DNA of 38,071 nucleotides from Pseudogymnoascus verrucosus (Eukaryota): NCBI GenBank assembly GCA_001662655.1, contig KV460240.1, one strand, 5' to 3'. The position numbers were made by a program, and so were the translations under genes. Positions 1 through 10,793 of this stretch are shown here, one piece after another. A model generated the notes under the pieces. That model did not search any database, had not been told where the DNA came from, and worked only from the letters and a program-made list of their open reading frames with translations. How positions within the stretch are numbered: position 1 is the stretch's first letter; each line of letters begins with the position of its first letter.

Positions 1-1016
1 CCCTCCCAGCCCTCGACAGAGCCCAACACAGACTTGATAGCTCCCGCAACCTCAGCCATGTGCTCCTCCTCAAAGTAGATAACGCAGTTTGGTCCAGCAT
101 CAAACGTATATGCCGCAATAATCTTGCCAGCCTTCTCGTTGATCGCCTCAACCACTCTGATCGCAGCTCTGCTGGTATCATTGAGGTAAAAGATGGGTGG
201 GAAGGTATCCAAGCACGTAGCGTGGAAGCTGTTGCTCTCCATCATGGTAACCTTGCCAAACAGCTCAAAGTCCTTATCCTTAACAGCTTTAATCATCTGC
301 TCCATGTGCTTTGGCACCACAATCTCCGCACGGCGCTGGAAAAGCTCGGATGTTGCGACGGTGGTCTGCATGCCAGCCGTGCTGGACACGCCCTTCTTCT
401 CGGCCGAGGCGACGAGGATCAAGGCGCGCATGTTGGGCCAGTGAGACGCTGGCGCAATCTCAACAGCCTGGGAATCCGATCCATCAGCCGCAGACCCCAT
501 ATCCCACGCCACGTATCCGCCGAAGAGAGAGCGGCATGCCGAGCCAGAGCCCTGGCGGGCGATTTTCGAAAGCTCAGTCTTCGTCGCTGGGAGTTGGTAC
601 AAGTCGGCGATAGCGCGGACCAGAGCAGCGAATCCGGCAGCGGAAGAGGCGAGCCCGGCAGCGGTGGGGAAGTTGTTCTCGGACACGATCTTGAGTGTCA
701 ATGTGGAGAGCTTGGGGAGAGAGGGGTCGGCGGCCTCAAGGGCGGCGCGGAGGGAGCGCAGTTCGCGGAAACAGGCTTGGGTGCGTGCGCCGGAGACGTC
801 CTGTGGTGAGCCATTGAGGAGGAGAGAGTCGTCGGATCCGAAGGTGGAGGAGCAGGCGGCGGTGGTGTGAGTTCTCAGGTCGGATTGGGAAAGGGTCACG
901 GAGAGGGACGAGTTGGTAGGGAGGTTTAATTTGGGGTCGCGCTTGCCCCAGTACTTGACGACGGCAATGTTGACGGGCGCAGTGGTGCTGGCCTGGTAGA
1001 CTGTAGAATCGGCCAT
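1..1016 (-). CDS. ERG19: Diphosphomevalonate decarboxylase (3' end runs off the window)
   Basis: Manual translation of the minus strand from ATG 1016 gives MADSTVYQASTTAPVNIAVVKYWGKRDPKLNLPTNSSLSVTL...SNSFHATCLDTFPPIFYLND...AYTFDAGPN, the hallmark MVD1/ERG19 motifs. The frame is absent from the ORF track because its stop lies outside the window. Confidence 0.96.
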   Translation of the reverse strand, partial: MADSTVYQASTTAPVNIAVVKYWGKRDPKLNLPTNSSLSVTLSQSDLRTHTTAACSSTFGSDDSLLLNGSPQDVSGARTQACFRELRSLRAALEAADPSLPKLSTLTLKIVSENNFPTAAGLASSAAGFAALVRAIADLYQLPATKTELSKIARQGSGSACRSLFGGYVAWDMGSAADGSDSQAVEIAPASHWPNMRALILVASAEKKGVSSTAGMQTTVATSELFQRRAEIVVPKHMEQMIKAVKDKDFELFGKVTMMESNSFHATCLDTFPPIFYLNDTSRAAIRVVEAINEKAGKIIAAYTFDAGPNCVIYFEEEHMAEVAGAIKSVLGSVEGWE

Positions 1017-1142
1017 TTTGAGTAAATTTTGAAGACTTGTGGAGAGAATTGAAAGGGGTTGCAATAGAGGGGTTGTTGGAAAGTGATGAGGGGTTGAAGG
1101 CGGTGAGGACTAAATACACTGGGTTGTGGTCTTGGGGCCAGA

Positions 1143-1147
1143 CCAAT
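1143..1147 (+). promoter_or_regulatory. CCAAT box in the divergent ERG19/CYT2 promoter
   Basis: GACCAATCG about 115 bp upstream of the heme lyase ATG fits the CCAAT-binding (HAP/CBC) consensus, which is typical for respiratory genes. Motif match only. Confidence 0.35.
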
Positions 1148-1260
1148 CGGACATCATAGCGGGAGCAACCGTGCAGGGGCCCAAAATTATTAATGATGCC
1201 CTGTCGCCATCTTCTCGTCTCCCAGCGCGCTTCCAAGAATCCCGACTCACATACGCAAAC

Positions 1261-2116
1261 ATGGGCAAATCTCCAGAGGCAGAGGCGCCAGCCGAGGTGT
1301 GCCCCGTCGATGACAAGACCCGCGCGGCGTGGTTGAAGGCAAACCCAACGGCGTCGTTCCCCGGCGCAGCGAAGGGAGCGAGCGACGCAAAGAAAGGCAA
1401 TGCCTGCGATTCCGAAGATATCACCCAGGCTCCTCCGGCGCAGCCTGGGCTATTCGCGCGATTTTTCTCTTCGACGCCTCCTGCGGATGCGGCGGCCGTG
1501 TCGACAGGACTCGGTACGCAGCGCGTGGTTTCGACAATCCCTCGCGCATCGCCAGTCGACGACAGCGAAGGCTCGAAGCCGGCGAATAGCGAGAAGGAGA
1601 GCGGAGTTAGTGCGAGCGGGAACTGGATATACCCTTCAGAGAAGATGTTCTTTGATGCAATGAAGAGAAAGGTACGTATATTGGGATTGAATTGACGGAC
1701 GTTTCTGACAGTTGTTCCAGGGTCACTCAAGCGATCCTAAGGAGATGAAGACCATCGTACCGATACACAATGCAGTAAACGAGCGAGCATGGAAGGAGAT
1801 CAAGGAATGGGAGAAGCCATATGGAGCCGACGAGAAATGTGGAGGACCTAGGCTACACTCATTCCTGGGACTCTCAACCTCGATGTCTCCGAAGGCACGC
1901 TTCAACAGTCTGCTTGGATATACTACACCATTCGATCGCCACGACTGGATTGTTGATAGGTGTGGCAAGAAGGTTGAGTATATCATTGACTTTTATGCTG
2001 GCAAGGATGAGGGGAAAGGCAATGGCAAGCTGAGCTTCTACTTGGATGTGAGGCCGAAGCTCAACAGCTTTGAAGGCTGGAAGATGAGAGCCGCGAAGAC
2101 GATTGGTCTTGTATAG
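1261..2116 (+). CDS. CYT2: Holocytochrome c/c1 synthase (heme lyase), most like cytochrome c1 heme lyase
   Basis: Exons 1261-1671 and 1721-2116 (intron GTACGT...CTGAC...CAG). Contains the CPV heme-regulatory motif, WIYPSEKMFFDAMKRK, IHNAVNERAW, PFDRHDWIVDRCG and YLDVRP. Confidence 0.9.
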
Positions 2117-2404
2117 AGTAATGTAAAACATAGATGTACAGTATTAGGGTGGCTAGGCGTTGGATAGGGTGGTTGGGCATTACGAGAATCTCCCGAACCA
2201 GGAACTGTACTTAAAAGACACTGTAAATTTAGGCTATGGAGCTTCACAATCAGATCTAGCTTCTCATGTTGAAAAGGAGCCTCGCTACCACCTCAGTCTC
2301 ACAAAACAAATGGTACACAACTTTGCTATGTCCCCCTCCGCCGCTCGTTAAACCATCCCAACGCCGCCGACAGTGCATCGTCATTATTCGTCATGGCATT
2401 CGAA

Positions 2405-4362
2405 TCATGGAGCTGCCGCTGGTGGGGGTGCCTGTTCCTCGGCGGCAACACCGCGAAGAGGAAGCTCGGTCTTAAGCCCCCCCTCGGCAGGAGCTGCAGC
2501 CTTAGCAGCCTCCTTCTTTGCCTTCTTCCTCTCCTTATCTCTGGCCTTGTCAGCAGCCTTCTTGGCCTTAGCCTCTTCCTCAGCAATCCTAGAGGCCTGG
2601 GTGCCACCGTACTTGGTCCTCCACTCGGCCTCCTTCTTATCATCAATCCTGGTGAACAGATACTCGGCCTTGCCGATCTTGTGGCCGCCCTTGAGAGCCT
2701 CTGGGTTCCACTTGTCGGTAATTGATAGTAGGGGCACTTGGAGCTGCTTGACAATGGAGGCTCCAGTAGATGGCATAAATGGCGATGAAATGGAGGCAAG
2801 GAGGTATGCAAGGTTGAGAGCCAGACCAATGATAGTGTGTGTCCTCTCAGGGCTTCCAGTCAAGTTGGCATTATCAAGACGGCCAGCCAAGAGGTTGTTG
2901 CCCAATGCTGAGATTTCCATAAACTTCTTGAGTCCAGCGCGAATTCTAACAGCCTCCATATCCGCAATGTACTCTCTAAGGTGGACATTGACGCTTTCAA
3001 TGAATGCTGGGAAGTCAAAGGTCTCGTCGGTATAGGATGCAGAAAATTCCGGAACGACACCGTCGCACTTTGCGTTTACAAATTTGACAAGACGATTGAC
3101 AAAGTTTCCAAAGTTGTTGAGCAGCTCGCTGTTGTTTGCTGCAATGAACGCCTTCCATTCGAATTGGGTGTCACTGGTCTCTGGTCGGTTCGCCATCAGA
3201 TAGTAACGCCACACGGATGCAGGAATTCCGGTATCCTTCGCAGTGTCGCCGAAAACACCAACACCTCTGGACTTCGAGAATTTTCCACCTTCATAGTTCA
3301 AATACTCTGTAGTAGAAAGGTGATTGAGCTGTGTCCACTTGTCTCCCGTGCCAATTTGGCTGCCTGGGAAAATAACAGTGTGGAAAGGAACGTTGTCCTT
3401 GCCCATAAACTGGAAGAGCTCTACATCTTCTGGGTTGCGCCACCATTGCTCCCACTCGTCTGTGTAGGACGCTGTAATGGAAGGATACCCGATACAAGCG
3501 TCGAACCATACGTACATGACCTTATTCTCGTAGCCAGGGATCGGCACGGGCGTGCCCCATTTAAGATCCCGAGTAATGCTGCGCCCTTCCAATCCCTTGT
3601 CAAACCACGACTTGGTGATACTGATTCCGTTCTGGGGCCATCCACCCTCCTGGCTGGACTTTGTGAACCAACTCTCGATCGTTGGTTGGAGCTTGTCAAG
3701 GCGAATAAACATGTGCGTTGTGTCGCGCTGGACCGGGGAGGCTCCGTCGACCTTGCAGCGTGGGTTGATGAGCTCAAAGGGATCTAGGAGGCTTCCGCAC
3801 TTGTCGCATTGGTCGCCGCGGGCATCGTCGTACTGGCACTTCGGGCATGTGCCCTCCACGAAGCGATCCGAGAGGAAGGACTCGTGCTTTTCGCAATAGG
3901 GCTGTGTAGTTGTCCGCTCCTCCAGGTATCCATTCTTATGAAGTTTCACGAAGATATCCTGGGCAATCTTGGTCTGCTGATCGGTGGTAGTTCGACCAAA
4001 GTAATCAAATCCGACCTCGAACCAGTCGTAAATATCCTTGTGGACCTTGTGGAATTCATCGCAGAGCTCCTTCGGGGTTTGGCCCGTCTCTAAAGCCTTC
4101 GTCTCAGTGGCTGTTCCGTACTCGTCAGTGCCACAGATGTATAGAGTTGGTCTGTCTCTCAGTTTGCTGAATCGGGCGTATACATCGGCGCTGAGGACAC
4201 TGCCAACGACATTTCCCAAATCTAGACTAATGTTAGTTTGAGGAATCCGTTTATGATGAAAGAGAGAGACCGACGAGGTTTGTTGTTGACGTAGGGCAAG
4301 GCAGATGTCACTAAAATATTCCTCTTGCCCTTGACAGGTAGAATGGGCGTGGTTGAGGCCAT
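2405..4362 (-). CDS. MES1: Cytosolic methionyl-tRNA synthetase
   Basis: Exons 4362-4275 and 4221-2405. Splicing the 53-nt intron (GTCGGT...CTAAC...TAG) restores ALPYVNNKPHLGN (HIGH motif). Also has Zn-knuckle CxxC motifs, YVWFDA and KFSKS. Confidence 0.96.
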
Positions 4363-4481
4363 GTTTCGTTGTTGTTGATGTTGTGTTGATTGTTGAAATG
4401 TTATAATACACGCGGGGTTCAGTTGCCCGCCAGCCTTCCCGCGCTTAGTCATCGGATTTTCTTGGTGGGGTAATTTTCCAG

Positions 4482-4488
4482 TGAGTCA
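4482..4488. promoter_or_regulatory. Gcn4/CpcA response element (TGASTCA) upstream of MetRS
   Basis: Perfect TGAGTCA 120 bp upstream of the MES1 ATG, plus a TTAGTCA variant near 4445-4451. Aminoacyl-tRNA synthetases are known cross-pathway-control targets. Confidence 0.55.
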
Positions 4489-4733
4489 GTGCACGAACGT
4501 TTCATGGGGTCTGGATTTTGTAGTAAGGGCGGTTGCCCCTCTATGACGGCCCAAGCTACCTTTGGGGCAAATGTTCCTGAGAGATTGACAGGAATTCGGC
4601 TTCTTGCGACCATTAGACCAAAATAGTTATATACGCTTGCTGATTTAAACTTTCAAAATCTCGAACCTTTTCAGTTACAGTTACCAACTCAGCGAATTCT
4701 AAACCCCAGCGAGCCAGCAAAATCTCTCCAAAC

Positions 4734-5306
4734 ATGAGTGCAGACCCGTTCGACGATCTCCTGGGCCTGGAAGATAAATTCTACGATGAGGGCTACCAAC
4801 TTGGGACCACCGAAGGCGCCAAAGCCGGGAAAATAGAAGGTCGCGTCTTCGGACTGGAGAAGGGATTTGAGAAATTCGTCGAGGCAGGAAGACTACACGG
4901 CCGCTCAGTCGTCTGGGCAGGTCGACTTCCCCAAAACGATACACCAGACAAGCCTACATCCGTGGCCGAAATCCAGCAAGGAGAGCCTCAGACCGCAGCC
5001 TCGATCGCGCAGGGTACAACAAGCCTGCCGACACTAGCAAACCCACGCCTAGAGAAGCACATCCGAGTCCTCTACGCTTTGAGCGAGCCGGCCAGTCTTT
5101 CAACCGACAACACCGAAGACGCAGTATCCGACTTTGACGACCGTCTCAAGCGTGCACATGCCAAAGTGAAGATCATCGAGCGACTAGTTGGGGAGGACAG
5201 CTCGTTGCTAGCTAGGATCGGGGACAACCTCGGCCAGCAAGTTGGGGGCGGGAGCGCGGCGGATAGTAGTATCGAGGATGTGAATATACTGAAAGCTCGG
5301 CATTGA
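4734..5306 (+). CDS. LTO1: LTO1/ORAOV1-family (Yae1_N domain) protein, ABCE1 Fe-S maturation adaptor
   Basis: Intronless 190 aa with DPFDDLLGLEDKFYDEGYQLG-x3-G-x3-G-x3-G-x3-G-x3-GF, the GX3-repeat motif of the Yae1/Lto1 family. Confidence 0.8.
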   Translation: MSADPFDDLLGLEDKFYDEGYQLGTTEGAKAGKIEGRVFGLEKGFEKFVEAGRLHGRSVVWAGRLPQNDTPDKPTSVAEIQQGEPQTAASIAQGTTSLPTLANPRLEKHIRVLYALSEPASLSTDNTEDAVSDFDDRLKRAHAKVKIIERLVGEDSSLLARIGDNLGQQVGGGSAADSSIEDVNILKARH

Positions 5307-6047
5307 AACTCTATTCAGTGGTTTCAGAATTCCGAAGAGGATCGGGACAAACCCGGGGGATAAAGGAAGCCCTGAGTGGTCACTGAATGCTGGGGTGGCG
5401 GTTGACCCCACGATGAATCCCGATGCGCTGAATGTCTTCGCGCTTGTGGCTGGGAGGGTGCGCATGGGTTTGCGGGAAGACTCGCAACGGGTCGAGGCTG
5501 GGCAGGGTTGCAAGCCGATGATCTGAATGGAGGGCTGCAAAGTGTCCAGGTTGGGTGGGCAAGGCTGAATCGTCACATGCGAGTCAACCTACCACATGCA
5601 GTCCGGGGTCAAGGAGGCACCAGATAGACGAGTGCACGGCTTCGGAGAGGCTGAGGTCACGATGATCAAACTAGAGGCAAGACATATGATGTTTATAGTT
5701 CGTTTTATTTTCGTCGTTATATAGATAACGAACACTGTGCAGCTTCTGCTGTGGCCACATTTTGACGACCTCCGGGACTCGCCCGTCACACAGGTCTTGG
5801 TCTTCCTATTTCATTACAAGTATCCAGCCAAGTATCAACCTGTGTTTAAACCTGTATCATAACCCCCTCCCGGCCTCCAGCGACCTCCCAGATCGCCCGG
5901 CCATCAATCGCTCCCACCCATCCCGTCCAATTCGCTTTGACGTAATAAAAAAAGTGGTGTTTTGTCTCCAGGGTATTGCCCGTCCCATGTATGTGTTTCA
6001 AAAAAATTGCAGTAAAAAATCAGACATCTCAGCGCTCATACGGTGCC

Positions 6048-6485
6048 TCAGCAGACCAAGGTAGCGCCGCCAGTCTCAATCGCCTCGATCTCCGCCTCGG
6101 TGTATGGGGAGCGTCGGAAGCGAACAGGCAGCTCGCTGCGATCGAAGAACTCGCCCTGTGCCGCGGCGACGGGGCCGAAGTCGCGGCCGGGAACGGAGCC
6201 GACTGAGCTGTCGGTGCGGATGTTGCGGCCGAGGGGGCCGTGTTGCTGGGCGTGCTGGCGGTAGGCGGAGAAGGAGGGGGAGCCTTGGCCGGGGAGGGCG
6301 GAGGATGGGGAGGCTGGGTGGACGGCAGGAGTGCGGTCGACGGAGGCTGGGAAGGTGTTAGATGATGCGTGAGATGTGAGGGGAGGGAGTTTCGGCTTAC
6401 ATGGAACTGTGCGCTTGCCCAAGAACTTGATCAGCGGCTGACGCTCAGCGTGAGCTGCTGCCCGGGAGAGAGTGGTCTTGAACAT
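6048..6485 (-). CDS. KGD4: Alpha-ketoglutarate dehydrogenase subunit 4 / MRPS36 family
   Basis: Exons 6485-6401 and 6346-6048 (54-nt intron GTAAGC...CTAAC...CAG). N-terminal PLIKFLGKR and C-terminal LPVRFRRSPYTEAEIEAIETGGA are typical of Ymr31/Kgd4/MRPS36. Confidence 0.88.
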   Translation of the reverse strand: MFKTTLSRAAAHAERQPLIKFLGKRTVPCKPKLPPLTSHASSNTFPASVDRTPAVHPASPSSALPGQGSPSFSAYRQHAQQHGPLGRNIRTDSSVGSVPGRDFGPVAAAQGEFFDRSELPVRFRRSPYTEAEIEAIETGGATLVC

Positions 6486-7362
6486 GTTGTTGTTGTTGGG
6501 TTTGGGGGGTTGTAGGGTTGTAGGAGTTTTTGTTGAGAGCAGTTTGAGAGAGAGAGAGCGAAGGATAGCGATATTAGAGAAGGATGAAGCAACAGGAGCA
6601 CGAGCTGATTGATAAGTGATGTTTTGTAGGAAGGATCAATTGCTCGGCCTGGGGATGCTTGTGAAGGAGGGGAAAGGGTTTGAAGGGTGGTGGTGTGTTA
6701 ATACTGCGGAGAATCAGTGGGTGTTCGGGCCCTTAATCCATCGAAACGTGATTTTTTGTGATAGGGCGGCGCGACTACGCGATCTCATAACTTAAATTAT
6801 TGCCCGGGGAGGACGGGGAAGACGGAGCTATCGGGGTACCAAGGCACCGATACCGGTTCAACCCGTGAAAATCCAACAAATGCAGCCACATCTCAGCGAA
6901 AGGAAGGTAAATCCCAGCCTAAATGTTCCGATGTGGCAAGGAACGGCACCCACCACGACACATCTAGCACACATCTGTACCCCATCTAGCACATATCTGA
7001 ACCACACTTTTCAACCATTACATACTTGGAAATACTTAGGGGACGGATTAAGCGCTTTGTAAAGGCCTTAATTGTCTTGATTATGCCATCGCTACGGCAC
7101 TACGGCAGATGCTGTCCTGTACTCCGCGTCTGCTCTCCGCAGGATGTGGGCAGGATGTGCAGCATGTACTGTATTTCGCCTCCCACTAAAGTAAGCTTTA
7201 TTTTGACTTTTTGACTTTTCACTTCTGCCATTACATATGTGATCTCCGTCCCTTTCTCCGTCTTCTCCGTTCGGCTCCCCCCTCCTAGAGTAGTGTAGTG
7301 CAGTATGGCTTCATCGAAGCAAGTCATGTGACTTTATATCATTTGTAATCCATCATCGGACT

Positions 7363-8286
7363 TCACCTCCGTCGTAATTGCTCAAGGAAGGCAGGCACTC
7401 TGGTATCGAGGACTGCTCTATCCAGTATTGAGAACTCGTAGAGGCCAGCTAGGTCACTCTGCACTTTGAGAAGCTCTTCAATGCCTCTCTGCACGAGAGG
7501 ACCTTCCTTCTCGTCCGTAACCTCCACCGAGGCCCTCAAGACCCATTTGTTCTCCCCATCAAAGGGTATGTAATCACGGATGTCAGACGATGCTTGTGGC
7601 GTGCTTTCCTCCACGTCTATCACGCCATTCTGCTGCTTCCGTTGGAGTTCGCGAGACAGCGTGAATGTAACGTTGTCCCTGTAGAAGTTGTAGATTTCAC
7701 GCAGGCTTTGCGAGTAGTGCCTGGGCTGTGTTAGAGAGATGCACGCTTCCATGGTTGGCATTGCTACTACTCACGTATATTTGATGCTCCGTAGAAGTGA
7801 CGGCAGTTTTGGCTCATCGGGAATATGAATAACAAGCCGACTATTCACAGGCCTTGACGGGTGCGGGGGCTCTGGGTAGTCATAAAAGTGCAGCGTTCCA
7901 CGTGCCTCTTCCAGGTCCATCACACTGTATGCCTTGTTAAATCCGATCTGTCTTCATAATCCTGGACCATAAACTCACGGCTTCTCCCCCACCCTCTCCT
8001 CCGCACCAACCCCAAACTCCCCCTTCTCCGCCGCAAACGCGAGCGTGATATAATGCGACTGCCTCACCAGCTGCTTATTCAACTCATTCCACACCTCTCT
8101 ATCCTGCGGTCGTCTGTTTTGCACTCGCGCTGCTGGGATGGGCACGAGTTGCGCGCTGGGGCCTTCGTATGTGAGAACTCGCTGGTAGCTGTGGGCGGGT
8201 GGCATGGCACACAAGCCTTGGAGGATTTTCAGGGCCTCTTTGACATGTTCGCCGGGCACGGCGGCGGTGAGGAAGAGCTCGTGCAT
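7363..8286 (-). CDS. MED18: Mediator of RNA polymerase II transcription subunit 18
   Basis: Exons 8286-7979, 7924-7775 and 7720-7363 with two canonical 54-nt introns. MHELFLTA...ILQGLCAMP, LHFYDYPEP, WVLRASVEV and the C-terminal DRAVLDTRV match Med18/Srb5. Confidence 0.85.
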
Positions 8287-8652
8287 TGTAGGGTAGGTGG
8301 TGATAAATTGAGGATAGGGGTAAGCTTTGAGCTGTGTGTGGTCACGATGTTGTGGGTGAACTGTGTGGTGCACTCATGTGATCTTGTGGTTGACCAACAT
8401 GTTTATTTACGGAAAATATTCAAATATTTAAAACGTCCAAAACAGCAAAAATCAAGCAGGCACATAATACGGTAATTAACAATCATTATTTTTACGTATA
8501 ATTTTTATAGGCTCTCGTAATTAATGCTTTTATCACAGTCCCTATGGAAGCCTTTATAGGCCGCATAAACACTGTAGGTCTAGATATTACGACAAACTTT
8601 TGGTAACCCATGATTTTCCTCCCAACTCCCAACATAAAATTCATTTTCACAT

Positions 8653-10132
8653 TTAAGCCAGCATCGACTTCAAGACCTCGATCTGCTCCAACACGCACTT
8701 CTTGCTAGTTCCACCCTTGGACGTGCGCATCTCGACCGAGCGCTCGAAATCGAAGCACTCGCTGACATCCGGCTTGAAGCGGGCATCAACAGACTCCAAT
8801 TGCTCATATGTCAACTTCTCCATCGGTGTGTTTGTCTTCTCCGACAAGGCAACGACCTGGCCCGAGATGTGGTGAGTCTCCCTGAACGGGACGCCCTTGC
8901 GAACAAGGTAGTCAGCCAGGTCAGTGGCCAACATGAAGCCATCGAGAGCAGCCCTCATCTTCTCCGAGTTCGCAGCGAGGGTCGAGAGGACACCAGTGGC
9001 GATTTGGATGCTGTCACCAACAGTCTTGACGTGGTCAAGCATTGGCTCAACGGACTCCTGCAAGTCCTTGTTGTATGTACTAGGCAGACCCTTCAGGGTC
9101 ATCATGAGTCCAGCCATCTGGCCGAACGCACGTCCACTCTTACCCCTCAACAGCTCCAAGCTATCGGGGTTCTTCTTCTGCGGCATCAGCGAGCTACCGG
9201 TGGAGTACGCATCCGCCAGCCTGACGAAGCTGAACTCGCCAGTCGAGTAAATGATAAGATCCTCAGACCAACGAGACATGTGCGACATCAAAGTCGACCC
9301 CCACTGCATAGCCTCAAGGACGAAGTCACGGTCAGCGACTGCGCCCATGGAGTTCCACATCAGGCCCTCGAACCCGAGCTCCTTCGCCATTGCATCACGA
9401 TCGATGTTGAACGGGTTACCCGCGAGGGCACCACATCCAAGCGGACTGCGGTTGACACGGGCGATCACCTCACGCAGACGCTCGAGATCCGAGGCGAACG
9501 CAAGACCATACGACAGCATCCAGTGACTCCAACGCACCGGCTGTGCGCGCTGCAGATGGGTATAACCAGGCATGACGAAGTCGATCTCCTTCTCCGCGCG
9601 CGCCGCGACAACCTTGAGGAAGTCAACGAGGAAGACCTCGATTTTCCTCAGCTCGTCACGCAACCACATCCTCATATCCGTAGCGACCTGCTCGTTCCTG
9701 CTGCGGCCGGTGTGGAGCTTGCCTCCGATATCCTTTCCGATGATCTCACCAAGGCGGCGCTCATTGGCAGTGTGAATGTCCTCGTCCACTCCCGGAATGA
9801 TCTTGAACGTCCCATCAACCCACTCAGCCTCGACCTTCTTCAACCCCTCCTCGATAGCCTTGAACTCCGCATCGCTGAGAATTCCAACCTTGTGGTTTCC
9901 CCTCGCCCACGCGATGCTGCCGAGGATATCTTGAGTGTGGAACGCGCGATCGTAGTAAATCGACTCGTTGTATGAGACCATGAGGGGATCCAGACCGCCT
10001 GGAGAACAATATGTGAGTCAAGCGAGTCAACAAAAAAATATATTGGGGGCAACGCATACCTGTGAATCGACCTCCCCAGAGCATAGTGCCGCCGGGCTTG
10101 CTACCGGGAGTCCTCACTTCTTGAGCTGCCAT
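8653..10132 (-). CDS. ARG4: Argininosuccinate lyase
   Basis: Exons 10132-10060 and 9998-8653. Contains [34 protein letters not shown] and the signature [12 protein letters not shown]. Confidence 0.98.
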
Positions 10133-10294
10133 GATTGCGGTGTAATTGGTCTGGATTTTGGTGAGTTGCGAGTGTAGTTGGGTTATCAATTGTGAGGGGG
10201 GATTTATTGTGACGCTGTTGGGTTGACTTCCCGTCCGAAGCCGCTGTGTCCCGCTGTAATCCGGGGTTGCTTATCGCACAAACAGAAGTGTGGG

Positions 10295-10301
10295 TGACTC
10301 A
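10295..10301. promoter_or_regulatory. Gcn4/CpcA response element upstream of ARG4
   Basis: TGACTCA about 165 bp upstream of the ARG4 ATG. Arginine biosynthetic genes are classic general-control targets. Confidence 0.6.
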
Positions 10302-10448
10302 TGTGATCTTTGCAGCGACCTCCACGTCTGTCTACATAAAATATTACGAATATCAAGTAATTGAGTCTCTTTCAATGCGACTGTAAGCCCGAGAAATGAA
10401 TAAAGCAGGCGGCCGAATATGATAAAGCGACAAAGTAATTATACTGGC

Positions 10449-10486
10449 ATCACGTGATACTGCCTTTGATGTCGCGATCTACGCGT
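10449..10486. promoter_or_regulatory. Palindromic E-box (ATCACGTGAT) and MCB (ACGCGT) in the divergent ARG4/PNK1 promoter
   Basis: ATCACGTGAT at 10449-10458 and ACGCGT at 10481-10486, with a second CACGTG near 10609-10614. Motif matches only. Confidence 0.35.
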
Positions 10487-10793
10487 CCGCTCACGGCAAA
10501 TATCTCAAACAGCTAAAACTCCAGACTCTTTCAAACTGAATCTGAATCCGGATACTGAACGAAACTGACTTTGAATACGACAAAGGGATAAGTAAATTGA
10601 TATGCTTGTCACGTGGTTCTGCAGGTCAGGACGATCACAGCTGTCGTGACAAAGACAGACAGGCTGCCTTAAAACACCCTTCCCGCTGCGAGTAGTAGGT
10701 TCTATTGCTTTTACTATCATAAATATATTCTCGTTGATCAGCGTGATTGAAGATTTCGTACCTCATTAACGTTCGTAGACACAAATCGCCGCC

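Noticed and set aside
60..809. 249-aa + strand ORF
   Set aside because: Antisense shadow of ERG19.
2326..4241. Several overlapping ORFs (220, 268, 167 aa and others)
   Set aside because: Alternative-frame or antisense shadows of MetRS.
4363..4452. In-frame upstream ATG giving MetRS a 30-aa extension
   Set aside because: The ATG lies within the TGACTAA promoter-like motif, probably upstream of the TSS, and the extension does not look like a targeting peptide.
8800..9975. 391-aa + strand ORF
   Set aside because: Antisense shadow of ARG4 caused by GC-biased codon usage; no protein-like motifs.
10014..10020. TGAGTCA inside the ARG4 intron as a CpcA site
   Set aside because: Coincides with the branch-point region of the minus-strand intron, so it is explained by splicing signals.
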